DNA of 64,000 nt from Cyanophora paradoxa CCMP329. Lineage: Eukaryota > Plantae > Glaucophyta. The stretch covers positions 310,001-374,000 of the forward strand of contig QPMI01000470.1 of NCBI GenBank assembly GCA_004431415.1, read 5' to 3'. The notes beneath the pieces are model-generated. The model searched no databases. It was given only the letters and a program-made list of their open reading frames with translations, and was not told the origin of the DNA. Both the position numbers and the translations under genes were made by a program. This document shows positions 21,036 through 30,630 of the stretch, in pieces; the stretch's first letter is position 1, and each line of letters begins with the position of its first letter.

Positions 21036-21914
21036 TTATGCGAACGATCTGTCGAAGGGGACGTACTCGCTGGCTGCATTCTTAATTGCGGATTTAGCAG
21101 CAGCAGACGTGTAAGAGACATCCTCGATATCGAACTCTAGCACGAACGAGAACTCTGTGTTTGTGACAGCGTCTGTTCCATTATGATAGCGCAGCGATAT
21201 GTCAAGTTCAGACAGCTCAGCGTTTCGATCGAAGCCTGTGACGGGAACACGATCCTCAGATGTGAACTTGATGAGCTCCCCGAATTTTGAGTCGATGTGA
21301 ATCTTTGCGATCGAGCCCGTTGTATAGGGGTTAAGTGTCAAGATCGGGCCTTTGATCTGCTGAATGTACAGGAACAAATACGTGTGATAAAGTAGATCAA
21401 CTGGCATATCGCTGAACAGCTCGTACGAATATTGTACGCCATCGATTGTCTCAGGTGTGTCAAGCTCACTGGAAAGGTCACTGAGAGTCTTCGCAAACCC
21501 GAGCAGGTTCGATAGTTCGGCCGATGTGAAGCTCAAAATAAAGTCCGCTTCACACAGGAACCTAAGCCGCATTGAGATCTCTTCGAACTGAACGACGAAC
21601 TTGCGCTGATAAGTAGTTCCGCCGTAACTATACTGCTGGGTTTTAAGAAGCGTGCTTAGATAGTTTGCAAGGGAGGTTGGCGTATAGACTCCGGGCTTGA
21701 AAGTGTTGGCACGTGTTTTCTCAACGCCAGAGGGATCAAGGGTGCCGGTGATAATTGCGGCTTGTGTGGACAGGTTGAACATGTTATGAAACAGTTCTAG
21801 CGAATCAACTCGCACCGACTTTACATTAACGAGGGGCCTTGGGAGATTGATCTTGAAATTCGAGGACGTGCCTTCGAACCGGTCCCTAGAATCGACATTT
21901 ACGCGGAGCTTCAT
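21036..21914 (-). CDS. Putative minor capsid (penton) protein, DSRDR type
   Basis: MKLRVNVDSRDRFEGTSSNFKINLPRPLVNVKSVRVDSLELFHNMFN...PGVYT..SLA...YLFLYI...LSELDISLRYHNG....EFSFVLEF matches the single jelly-roll penton pattern of NCLDVs and polinton-like viruses. Alternative start at 21932. Confidence 0.8.
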   Translation of the reverse strand: MKLRVNVDSRDRFEGTSSNFKINLPRPLVNVKSVRVDSLELFHNMFNLSTQAAIITGTLDPSGVEKTRANTFKPGVYTPTSLANYLSTLLKTQQYSYGGTTYQRKFVVQFEEISMRLRFLCEADFILSFTSAELSNLLGFAKTLSDLSSELDTPETIDGVQYSYELFSDMPVDLLYHTYLFLYIQQIKGPILTLNPYTTGSIAKIHIDSKFGELIKFTSEDRVPVTGFDRNAELSELDISLRYHNGTDAVTNTEFSFVLEFDIEDVSYTSAAAKSAIKNAASEYVPFDRSFA

Positions 21915-21958
21915 CTTTACAACAATATGCATGAAAATTTTCTGGTCTATAATAGCAA

Positions 21959-23188
21959 ATGGCGCAAGCAGGAACAACTCTAAAGGAGCTCCTCACTACC
22001 AAAGGTTCAAGCGAACTTTATTTATCCCCAGGTCTCACTGTCGGTGTCAGCCCCAAGTTCAAGCCTTTCCTTGAAACGATCCGTCCGCGAGGCAACTCGT
22101 ACGGCTTCGCGCAGACTGCCGCTTTCGACCTTCCGCGCAAGCAGCTTCTAAACGGTGTCTCGCTATACTTTAAGGTCAGCGTCGCTGGCGGAGCTGCCGC
22201 CTCGGTGCTGCCTAATGGCGCTGGTGCATTTATTGAAAACGTGCGCTTTGTTCATGGATCCTTCAAGATGGTGATCCCTGGAGACTGGCTCACTGTGAAC
22301 GCGCTCATTGATAATAGCGTTGCGTCCGCCCAGGCTTTTGCTAGCAGCTACGGCTTTGGAAAGGACGCGGCTCTTGAGATTCTCGATGCGAGTCGCGAGT
22401 ACGTACTAAAGATCCCCTCCCAGCTCTGGGACAATTCGTACTTCCCGCTGCTCGCACTGGCTGACATGCCAACCGTCGAAATTGACTTCCGTTCGGCTGG
22501 CGTGGTTGGAACTGTCGCTAGTGCTGTTGCAACTCTAACGGATTGTGCCCTGGTTTGCCAGTTCGTGAATATCCCTAGCGAAGAGGCTGAGTCTATGCTT
22601 AAATCTGCAAACGAGAGCGGTGGTATTCGAATTCCTTTCACCGAGATTATTTCAAAGCGCTCGAGGCAGTTAAAGACTGACGACGCGGGGAATGCAGTCG
22701 AAATCTCCCTTGCCAACGTCAGCGGCCTTGTGCACGCGATCCTGATGACAGTGCGTAATGCGAATCACCTGGGCACTCGCAATCACAATTCATTTGCTGG
22801 CAACGGAAATGCGCTGAAAATCGATTCGTTTGAGATCATGCACAACAACCGAACTCTCGACATCAGCAATAAGCCAATCTCTGGGTTTGTATCATCGTGC
22901 TATCACATTCCAACTCAATACCGCGGTGCAACCACTGGCAATTCAGCCCTTGGCTTCGAGGACGGAAATGTCTATGGGATTGTGCTTTCGAAATCTGGCA
23001 AAGACTCACTGCATAACGCTGTCCTCGGCTACACAGACTTCTTTAATTCCAGCAGCAGCTACTGCTCGCTAACTGTGACCGGCTGCACAAACGCAGCGCC
23101 AGCAGTTGTTGACTTCCACGTCCTGCGCCACAATGTTCTCGTAATTAACTCGTATCAAATGTCAACTCTAAAGGTAAGTAACTTCTAG
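21959..23188 (+). CDS. Major capsid protein, double jelly-roll, NCLDV-like
   Basis: 409 aa. Blocks collinear with the NCLDV MCP consensus: FDLPRKQLLNGVSLYF, FIENVRFVHG...IPGDWL, LKIPSQLW...FPLLAL...VEIDFR, ALVCQFVNIPSEE, and C-terminal HVLRHNVLVI. It lies between the penton and ATPase genes. Confidence 0.85.
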   Translation: MAQAGTTLKELLTTKGSSELYLSPGLTVGVSPKFKPFLETIRPRGNSYGFAQTAAFDLPRKQLLNGVSLYFKVSVAGGAAASVLPNGAGAFIENVRFVHGSFKMVIPGDWLTVNALIDNSVASAQAFASSYGFGKDAALEILDASREYVLKIPSQLWDNSYFPLLALADMPTVEIDFRSAGVVGTVASAVATLTDCALVCQFVNIPSEEAESMLKSANESGGIRIPFTEIISKRSRQLKTDDAGNAVEISLANVSGLVHAILMTVRNANHLGTRNHNSFAGNGNALKIDSFEIMHNNRTLDISNKPISGFVSSCYHIPTQYRGATTGNSALGFEDGNVYGIVLSKSGKDSLHNAVLGYTDFFNSSSSYCSLTVTGCTNAAPAVVDFHVLRHNVLVINSYQMSTLKVSNF

Positions 23189-23904
23189 ATGGATATCAAA
23201 CTGTTTGATCCTACAGAAATAAAACTGCCTAAACGGTTCTTGTTTGTCGGCCCCACCAACTCGGGAAAAAGCACCTACGTTAAACACGTATTAAATGCAG
23301 TAGCTCCGCAGCTAGACGATATCTTCGTATTTAGTACCACAGCATTTACAGAACAGTGGGACGACACGACTCGCTCAAACAATATTCACGAAGAATGGGA
23401 TCCAGTTTTGGTTGAGAGTCTTCTAGAGCAACAAAAGAAAGGCGACGCAAGAAAGATGAGCGCAAGATTGCAATCGTTCTAGATGATTTGCTCGATAATG
23501 ACCTTGTGAACGTCCACAGCGACCGATTAATGCAAAAGCTTTTTACTAGTGGGCGTCATTATAACATGAGCCTTTTTGTAACCACTCAACGTCTTTGTGG
23601 AATCAGCCCTACAGTTCGAAGGAATTGCGAGTACGTCTGTTTCTCATCAATTCTCTCAAACGTTAAAGAGTTCAACTGCGTTTTCGACGAATACAACGCC
23701 GGAGCGACTCGAGCAAATCTAATGCGTCTTTTCGTTGAATTGAATCATTCGTATCAGGTTTTGATATATGAAGCTGCGACCGCGGACCGCGTTTATTCTG
23801 TTGACAAATCGTCTGGAACGACTTCGGCTCTATTGCGCTTTGTGCGCGTAAAAAAGCAGCGCGATCAAAAGTCGGTAGCCAAGGCTGTCGCAACAACCAG
23901 CTAG
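23189..23904 (+). CDS. A32-like (FtsK/HerA) genome packaging ATPase, split by one frameshift near 23435
   Basis: Walker A GPTNSGKS is in the first frame. Walker B IAIVLDD and LFTSGRHYNMSLFVTTQ...ISPTVRRN are in the -1 frame. Adding one A to the CAAAAG run gives QKERRRKKDERKIAIVLDD. Confidence 0.92.
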
Positions 23905-24055
23905 TATATTCCGGTTTCGCTGAGGCAATCCACAGGAACGATGTGCCCTTGTAAATGCCGAACGAAATCAGATGATCAGGCGATTCGTGAGTTCTTCCAG
24001 GCCAGCAGTCTTCGAGATTAAACTCTTCCTCTACCGTTTCGAATTCGAGTTCCAT
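23672..24055 (-). CDS. Small viral protein with an FGxYKG motif (DUF3820 / ExoX C-terminal-like)
   Basis: LISFGIYKGTSFLWIASAKPEYTSWLL fits the FGKYKG...I....P.Y..WL pattern. The long antisense overlap with the ATPase makes the 3' end uncertain. Confidence 0.55.
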   Translation of the reverse strand: MELEFETVEEEFNLEDCWPGRTHESPDHLISFGIYKGTSFLWIASAKPEYTSWLLRQPWLPTFDRAAFLRAQSAIEPKSFQTICQQNKRGPRSQLHISKPDTNDSIQRKDALDLLESLRRCIRRKRS

Positions 24056-24116
24056 TAAAAAAATAATCGGCAGACAAGCTGCCTCGGCTGCGCCCAAGGG
24101 GTGTTATTCCCTTCAT

Positions 24117-24647
24117 TCAAACCTGTGGGAAGTTCAACCGCAAGAATGGTTTGTCCTCTTCGCTGGTATGTTCCAATGCATATGCATCGCGAGCACGAGC
24201 TGCAGCCTCTGCTGTTTGAAACAGACCGATGTGCTTTTGGCGGTCATTTATCTTATAGTATGCTTTCCATTTACCATGTTGCTGATGGAAGCTGACGCCA
24301 ATGTATCCTGAAGTGTTATCTCGCCGCTGTCCACGATTCAAATTCTGTTGACGAGCTGTTGCTAAACGGAGGTTGTCGCGACGATTGTCTTTTGGATCGT
24401 TGTTGATATGATCTAACGTCAACCCATTCTCAAGATTGCCACTGATGAATGTATGCAAGTACACGCTCTTTCCGTTGATTTTGGCTCGAGCATATCCATT
24501 GTCCAAACTCCAGCGAAATCCCAGCACACGCTCAGCATCATCGTGTGACACGAGAGCGTAGGCGACGATGACTTTGCGTCGATTGCGAATTCCTATCAGC
24601 GGGATCAAAGCAGTGCCCTCTGGTACATCAGGAACGATAACCTCCAT
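24117..24647 (-). CDS. HNH endonuclease with C-terminal AP2 DNA-binding domain
   Basis: HNH part: YLHTFI...LDHINNDPKDNRRDNLRLAT..QQNLN. AP2 part: NTSGYIGVSF...KWKAY...KHIGLFQTAEAAARARD. First ATG is at 24647. Confidence 0.92.
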   Translation of the reverse strand: MEVIVPDVPEGTALIPLIGIRNRRKVIVAYALVSHDDAERVLGFRWSLDNGYARAKINGKSVYLHTFISGNLENGLTLDHINNDPKDNRRDNLRLATARQQNLNRGQRRDNTSGYIGVSFHQQHGKWKAYYKINDRQKHIGLFQTAEAAARARDAYALEHTSEEDKPFLRLNFPQV

Positions 24648-24778
24648 CTGCGCAGCGAGCTGCTTGTCTGCGACTTTTTTGTTACATCTACAGATTGCAT
24701 TATCTTTAAGCCTCAAAAGTCGCGCTAATTTGTCTTAAAAGGATTTATGTCTCTTATTATTGAGAGACAAGCCGAACA

Positions 24779-25123
24779 ATGACTTCTGCAATTACTGCGG
24801 ATTGCGCTGCGGTTAAACGTGGCCGTGGGCGACCTCCTAAGGTTCGTCTTTTAACAATGGAGCCTTATCAGCCGAAGAAGAAGGGTCCTAAACCGATCGA
24901 GGTCACCCCGGAGATTTTAGCAGAGCGACGCAGAAAGAATGCTGAACGCAATCGCAAACTGCGCCACACGAACGAAACATACCGTTTGAAACAGCTTGCC
25001 ATCACAGCGAAGTATCGAGCTGAGAATCCTGATCGGATCCGGGAGTACCACAGGAATGCTATTGCGCGTAGATGCCTCGCGAAGAGCGGAGCTTCTGTAG
25101 AGCTCGAGGTGATGCAGCTTTAG
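24779..25123 (+). CDS. Small basic AT-hook protein
   Basis: AT-hook KRGRGRPPK followed by an Arg/Lys-rich helix (ERRRKNAERNRKLR...KYRAENPDRIREY). Confidence 0.7.
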   Translation: MTSAITADCAAVKRGRGRPPKVRLLTMEPYQPKKKGPKPIEVTPEILAERRRKNAERNRKLRHTNETYRLKQLAITAKYRAENPDRIREYHRNAIARRCLAKSGASVELEVMQL

Positions 25124-26009
25124 CACCTGCTCGTAGCTTTGGCTCCCCTGCAATCTCAAGCTTCTTGAGCTCTCGATACTGCCGGCTTTGGCCGCTGTAT
25201 TTTTTCGTTTCGATCAAACCCTCACGTCTCAATCGTCTCTGCTGTCGCATTTGCACTTCTTCTTTTTCGATTCGTGTTTGAGGTGCAAGCTCACGCGGTT
25301 GACGTATTTCCGATGGTTTAACACGTCTAGAAATTTCCACACCCTGTTTCGTAACGAGTCGAACACGGTTCTTATCAGCGCCAGCAACTATGTACGTCTC
25401 CTTGCTTGGCTTTGTGGTTCCCTTCGCAAAAACGCTTGGCTTCGGCTCGAGAACTTGCACTTCGGTCCCTGTGCGCGGTATGTTCGAATTGTCTCGTTCA
25501 ATATCGTTCTGTCGCTGTCTAACTTGATGCAGCTGCTCGGCTACCTGTGTATTTTCCCGCATCCACTTCGGTGAGTGCTCCCCGCCGAAAGAGCTGTGGG
25601 CTGTTTCATTGTACGCCTTGACAATTGCCGGCAAACGTGAGAGGAAATGCGGGGAGCCACGAGCTTCTGTATCAGTCTGAATCAGTGCTCGCAATGTCCT
25701 CGCGAACCTGTCGATAATTCCCAGCTTGGAGCCTTTTGAAATGTGATCATCCTTAGCCACATCAGTATGCATTTTCAACGAGTTCTCTTCAGCCATTTCC
25801 CGAATTGCCGCTGTGTTGAAGCCGTTGTCTCCTGAAAAGCCCCATATTCCAGGTAGCTGCTCGATCATTTTTGGAAGCTGCTTAAAAGTCTCGAGCTTAC
25901 GTACCACAGCGAAACGGGTTGCAATCTCGACCGCTGCGAACAGGCGAAATCTCCCAATGAACAGCACGTCAATTTGCCACGCACCCGGTGGCGCAGTAAT
26001 CTGGTACAT
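25059..26009 (-). CDS. Retroviral-like (rve) integrase
   Basis: WQIDVLF...AVEIATRF...FSGDNGF...LGIIDRFARTLR...LPAIVKAYNETAHSS...SP is the RNase H-fold integrase core. The third acidic residue is D, and there is no HHCC domain. Confidence 0.9.
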   Translation of the reverse strand: MYQITAPPGAWQIDVLFIGRFRLFAAVEIATRFAVVRKLETFKQLPKMIEQLPGIWGFSGDNGFNTAAIREMAEENSLKMHTDVAKDDHISKGSKLGIIDRFARTLRALIQTDTEARGSPHFLSRLPAIVKAYNETAHSSFGGEHSPKWMRENTQVAEQLHQVRQRQNDIERDNSNIPRTGTEVQVLEPKPSVFAKGTTKPSKETYIVAGADKNRVRLVTKQGVEISRRVKPSEIRQPRELAPQTRIEKEEVQMRQQRRLRREGLIETKKYSGQSRQYRELKKLEIAGEPKLRAGAKAASPRALQKLRSSRGIYAQ

Positions 26010-26018
26010 CGTTGTAAA

Positions 26019-29000
26019 TCAGGCGCGATTTTTATAATGGCCAATCGCTCGGGTGTTGATCCCGTCAGTCTCGAGGAAGCGTTTGGTATCAAGGGGATGG
26101 AGAGCCTGGCGCGAGGTTCGTTGTAAATAAATCTCATGTTGTTTCGAGCGGAAACCGAGAATTCCTTTGATGTCATACGATTGCTTTTCTCCCTCTTTAG
26201 GACAGACGCACCGGAGGAATACATCCCTTGTGAGTCTGTTGTAGTACGTCTTTTGAATACCCTTGCATACCTGCTTGTCCGTGCAATCTTCACGCGAATA
26301 ATAGTAAGATTTCGGCCGGTTAGCGATCCACTCTGTCATTTGCAGACCATGGAGCTCATCCTTGAATAATCCCGGAGTTTTCCCCATCGATCGTAGAGCT
26401 CGAACCTCATCGGCTGTCATGCCATCGAAGAATCGATGTGTCTCTGGGTAGTCGCTAACATCCAGCTCATGCTTGATTGAGCATAAATCAGCATAGATAT
26501 CTTTGGTGCGAACCTCGATGATGAGACTGTCAGTATCCGTACCTAATAGTGTCAGCCGCTGGCCCCAAAGCGGCTTGAGCACCTGGTAGTAAAAGCGGTA
26601 CATGTGCAGCTTGGAAAGTTCGAGGATGACGAACCCGCAGTAGATAGGTTTGTTCAGATTGTACTCACTTTTGCGCTTGGAAACGAATACAAGGTTCTCT
26701 TCGTACATCACCACCTGCTTCAACCGATTTGGTTCGCTGTTGATCTTCACCAGACGGTCTCCCGAAGTCACAAGCTCTGAAAAGCAGTGCTTTCTCACGT
26801 TCTCCATCGTCTTTCCGAAGACACTGTTGTTCATCAACTTGTAAAGGTCCTTCTGGTATGTGAACTGCGATTCTTTACGTTTTTGAGTATTGAGATCTAT
26901 GAAACGCCCTAGCCATGCGCTTTGTTCGTACGATAGGACCCGATGGATGTTGGTTACTATCATTCCCAGTGACGTATAGAGCTGAAGCAAGCGTCCATCA
27001 ACAACATAATTCTTTTTGGAAGCAGATTCGGAACGAGCTTTGGAGTTCGTTCAACTGAGGTAAGCTTCTCGTCGTTAATCATATCCTGTTGTCGCTTTGA
27101 TAGGTGTTCCTTGGACACACACATCCGTTCAGGGCCAGCGGATAGTCTGAGAACTCGTCGTGGAGATGCTCAGGCATGTACATATCGACTTCGAGAGCAT
27201 AGCCACGAGCTCCATCCGCGTCAAGGCTTGCAACGTATTGCATTACATCGACGTCTTGATCTAGTTTATCCCAGCGGAAATCTCCTGTGGGTAGCTTGCG
27301 CTTCATTGCGACGCCGTACAAGTTGTTTGCATCGAGGTACATGAGCCACGATTCCTTGTGTGTTCGGTAGTAGTTAGACATGCATGTAGACTGTGAGACT
27401 GTAGGCTCAACAGCGTGGGTGTATTTGTTGAACTTTATGCTCAAATATTTGTTCTCAGCTTGTGCGTAGCGTTTTGAGATCATTGAGATTCCGCCCCTGA
27501 TCCCCGATTCTATAAATCTGTGCATATCCTGCTGTCCCTCGTGAAAGAGCTCGAGCTTCACTCCAGTGTGCTTAAGTGCTGCCTGCCAAGCAAATCCCGG
27601 CGATGACATAAAATAGCTAGGATCTAGGCCATACGTTTCAATACACGTATCGCGATAGTTTTCGAACACGTCCGCTAGTAACGTGATATCTGTCATCATA
27701 TACTCCATTGTATAGTCTGATAGCATTCTGCAGCCGAGCTCTCGCCAAACATCCTTGGCATGTGCGTACTCATCTTTCGAGCATTTCTTCTGTTTAAGCT
27801 GATTTTTGAAATAACGACGTGCAGGTAGTTTAGTCTCTTGAAAGCGAGCCCAGCTCGTCATGTAATCATAAGGGTAAATGCCTTTGCCTGTCATCAGCTT
27901 GAACTGAGTCTCGTCCAGATGCAGCGAGCGCGTGATCTTCTTCTTTTCCGCGGGCAGAGCCTTTGCTAGTTCGTCCAAGCTTGCATTCAAGTGCTGAGCC
28001 GAGTCGCGTAGAACGTAAATTCCATACTTGAACTGCGAAATTCGCTCGCTATTCTGAAAGAACTGATCGAATTTTATCGAAAGGAGACTCTGCGGGCGGA
28101 GCCGGCGTTCGAGCCCCTTCTTCACCTTCTTTTTCTGCTCTGGGGTCATCTCACGTCCACCGTACTTGCTTTCAAACTCGCTTTCGACATGTGCTTGAAA
28201 CTCCTTCCAAACTGCTAAACGGCGATTATAGCCAGATGCTAGAGCGCGCACGAGCAGGTGGAAGTCAAATCCTCGACCATTGTGCCAGAATATTGGAACG
28301 GCTGCTGCCTTTGCGCGACGCCGATTGCACGCTCTGCAGGCGGCCCCGAGGTATCGTCCAGAATCGTGGCAGTGATCGCGGTGCTTGTCTTTCGCATCCT
28401 TGAACGTGTCCGTGCACATGTAGCACTCGGTCCTCGTTTGAAAACGCTGCTCCTCTTCCTGAGTCATCTGGATTGGTGCAGTCTCTCGCAAGAGCTCTCG
28501 AAATTGTGGTTCCATTTCGTCCAACCATTGCACGAACTTCTCAGCGCAGTCCTCGCTCTCCGAACCCATGTATTTGAAACAAAATTGTTCACCTTTCGAA
28601 GATACAACCAGACAGCCGACTGAAGCAATCACATGCACACCTTTCTTTTCGGTCTTTCCACTAATGCAGGGAATCGGCATTGTAATCGTCTCTGAATCAG
28701 CATATCCGACCAGACGTTGCCGGATTGAGTACTCATAGTTAATAAACTTCTGGATGTGGGCTCCTTTTCTAGGCAGAACATCTCTCGCATGCTCGTCTCG
28801 ATCGAGGCAACGGTCATATTTAAGATGATTCTCAAACGCAGCACCTGAGCTAAAACCTGTTTGACACGCAAGACAATAGTGTTTGGCGGGAGAATCATGT
28901 TTTCCAAACAGACGTGAGATGTTCTTGATCCAGAGATAATGCCCTACATCATTGTCGCTGCCTGCAGGTACATACAAGATTGGTATTGCGTCTTTTGCTG

Positions 29001-30074
29001 CGCTGATATGGATTGGTACAATGTCCTGTTCATCTAATGCTGTCGTATAAATACATAGGTTTACGTTGTTAGCCTGCTCGAACTTTTTGAAAACCTTTGA
29101 ATCTAGCGGGGTGGGAAATGTGAGCATAGTGCAGTCTAAAGAGCTCTCATACGGTCGATAATGACAAGCACTGCGTGAATCCTGGCCCGGTCGTAGCGCG
29201 TGCTGAGCTGCAAGTACAGCATACTTGAAGCATTCATTGTTCGGAGCATCGATATTGATGAGTGCCTGCTTCTCCACAAGCCACCGCGGGAGTATGAACC
29301 TACGTCCACGACCACCCATGCGGCGGAAGTATCGCACAGTTTTAAAGACCAGATGTATCCATGTGTCGAAAACTGAGGAATCCCTGCTTTTCTCTGTCGC
29401 AAGAATGTCTAGTTCTTCCAGCTGTGAGCGCAGAGCAGTCTCGATGCTTGCCCCTGGCTCGATGCGATCGAAACGACGATGCTCAATAATGATTGCAATT
29501 GTTGTATCAGTCTCTGGCTTTCTGTATACCGCTAATCCAGAGATTTGTAGTGCAATGCCCATTCTTACCGCCTCTGCAAGATTTACCTGGGCGCTAACGA
29601 ATGCTATTGCGTTCTGTTTGAAAAGTTCGTTGTTCTCAAATCGGGCTTGCATCGAGGTTACGCGGCCAGAACCGCGAGGCAATTGGTATTTCCACTCCGC
29701 ATATCGCCCGTCAAGCGCTGTAGTCGTATTGCTGTCATTGATTTGAACATCATCTCCACCGTCAACCTCAGGTAATTCTGAGAACCCTCGAACAATGTCG
29801 GCCTGGCCTCAGCAATCGCTAGCTCTAGTCGACGACCTGACACAGGACGCGCTGACCTAGGAAGTCTTGCAAGTTCGTTCAAAAGTGAAGCGTACTTTTC
29901 CAAAGTTGCAAACCGTGTTCTCGACCCTTGTGCTGAAATTCTAATCAATTTATTTTTGAAAGCTCCATGTATGACGCGTCGATTATACAATGAAATCGCG
30001 AGCGCTTCGATCTGGTCTTTGATTCTGGCCAACCGGAAGCGCCGAGTCGCTGCATTATTTTGGGTAACGTCCAT
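26019..30074 (-). CDS. polB: Protein-primed family B DNA polymerase (~1350 aa after repair of three frameshifts), with N-terminal TP/vOTU-like region, Zn finger and EndoVII-like insert
   Basis: Exonuclease motifs YADSET, WHNGRGFD and YMMTDITLL; KGIYPY; GIRGG; motif A YLDANNLYG; motif B KLMNNSVFGK; motif C GTDTDS. N-terminal INIDAPNNECFKYAV...GHYLWIK. Insert CYMC...RDHCHDSGRYLGAACRACN. Frameshifts near 29805, 27133 and 27015. Confidence 0.95.
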
Positions 30075-30198
30075 TGGAAGTATATATCACAATTTTTTTG
30101 CTTGTTCCAAACGCAACTTCACATAGCAATATTGGAAAGGGATCTCTTTAAGACAAAATAAGAGAAACCTCAATTGCGGTGACCCGTTGGTGATTCAA

Positions 30199-30630
30199 AG
30201 ACCGGCGCTATCATCCACACAGTATTATTGACTAACTAGAACCTAAACTCGCATATGCAATCAGCTTCGATTATATAGTTTTATCGTCTAGCTAGAACCT
30301 GGAAACCTCTCCGCTATTTAGATAGGAAGAACACAGTATTAACGCCTAGCTGCTGATTAAGCTATCTCTGCAGACCGTCGCGTTGGGGCCCGTCTCAAAT
30401 CACTGCTATATCTTTTGCAAGATCGATTGGAGTAGACGTTAGATACTACCTAGCGGTTGCTGGATGGAAGGGGAGGTAGACCAGAGGGAGAGAAGGGCGG
30501 TAGACGTAGCGAGAGAGTGGGAAAGAATGAGGGCTGGGAAGGCGCTGGAGTGGGTGGGATGGGGTGGTTTTGGAGGGGTGAGGGTGGCAAAGAGGGCGGG
30601 CCCACCCTGATGGGGGTACTCTCATTTTTT
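30199..30630 (-). repeat. Right terminal inverted repeat (432 bp)
   Basis: Reverse complement of 19034-19466; ends ...actctcatttttt. Confidence 0.95.

Larger units (their letters stand above)
19034..30630. mobile_element. Endogenous Polinton-like virus / Maverick-type element, ~11.6 kb
   Basis: It has long TIRs, a TSD and intronless, tightly packed genes, and is visibly lower in GC than the housekeeping region. It encodes pPolB, rve integrase, packaging ATPase, and major and minor capsid proteins. Confidence 0.96.

Noticed and set aside
23430-23490. Programmed -1 ribosomal frameshift in the ATPase (and in PolB)
   Set aside because: There is no canonical X XXY YYZ heptamer in frame at the ATPase site. 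The breaks split essential motifs and all share a single-base-deletion pattern better explained by sequencing error or mutation.
19034-30630. Classification as a virophage (Lavidaviridae) or a giant-virus fragment
   Set aside because: There is no cysteine protease and the MCP does not look virophage-like. The TIRs, TSD, pPolB and rve integrase define a complete small element rather than an NCLDV remnant.
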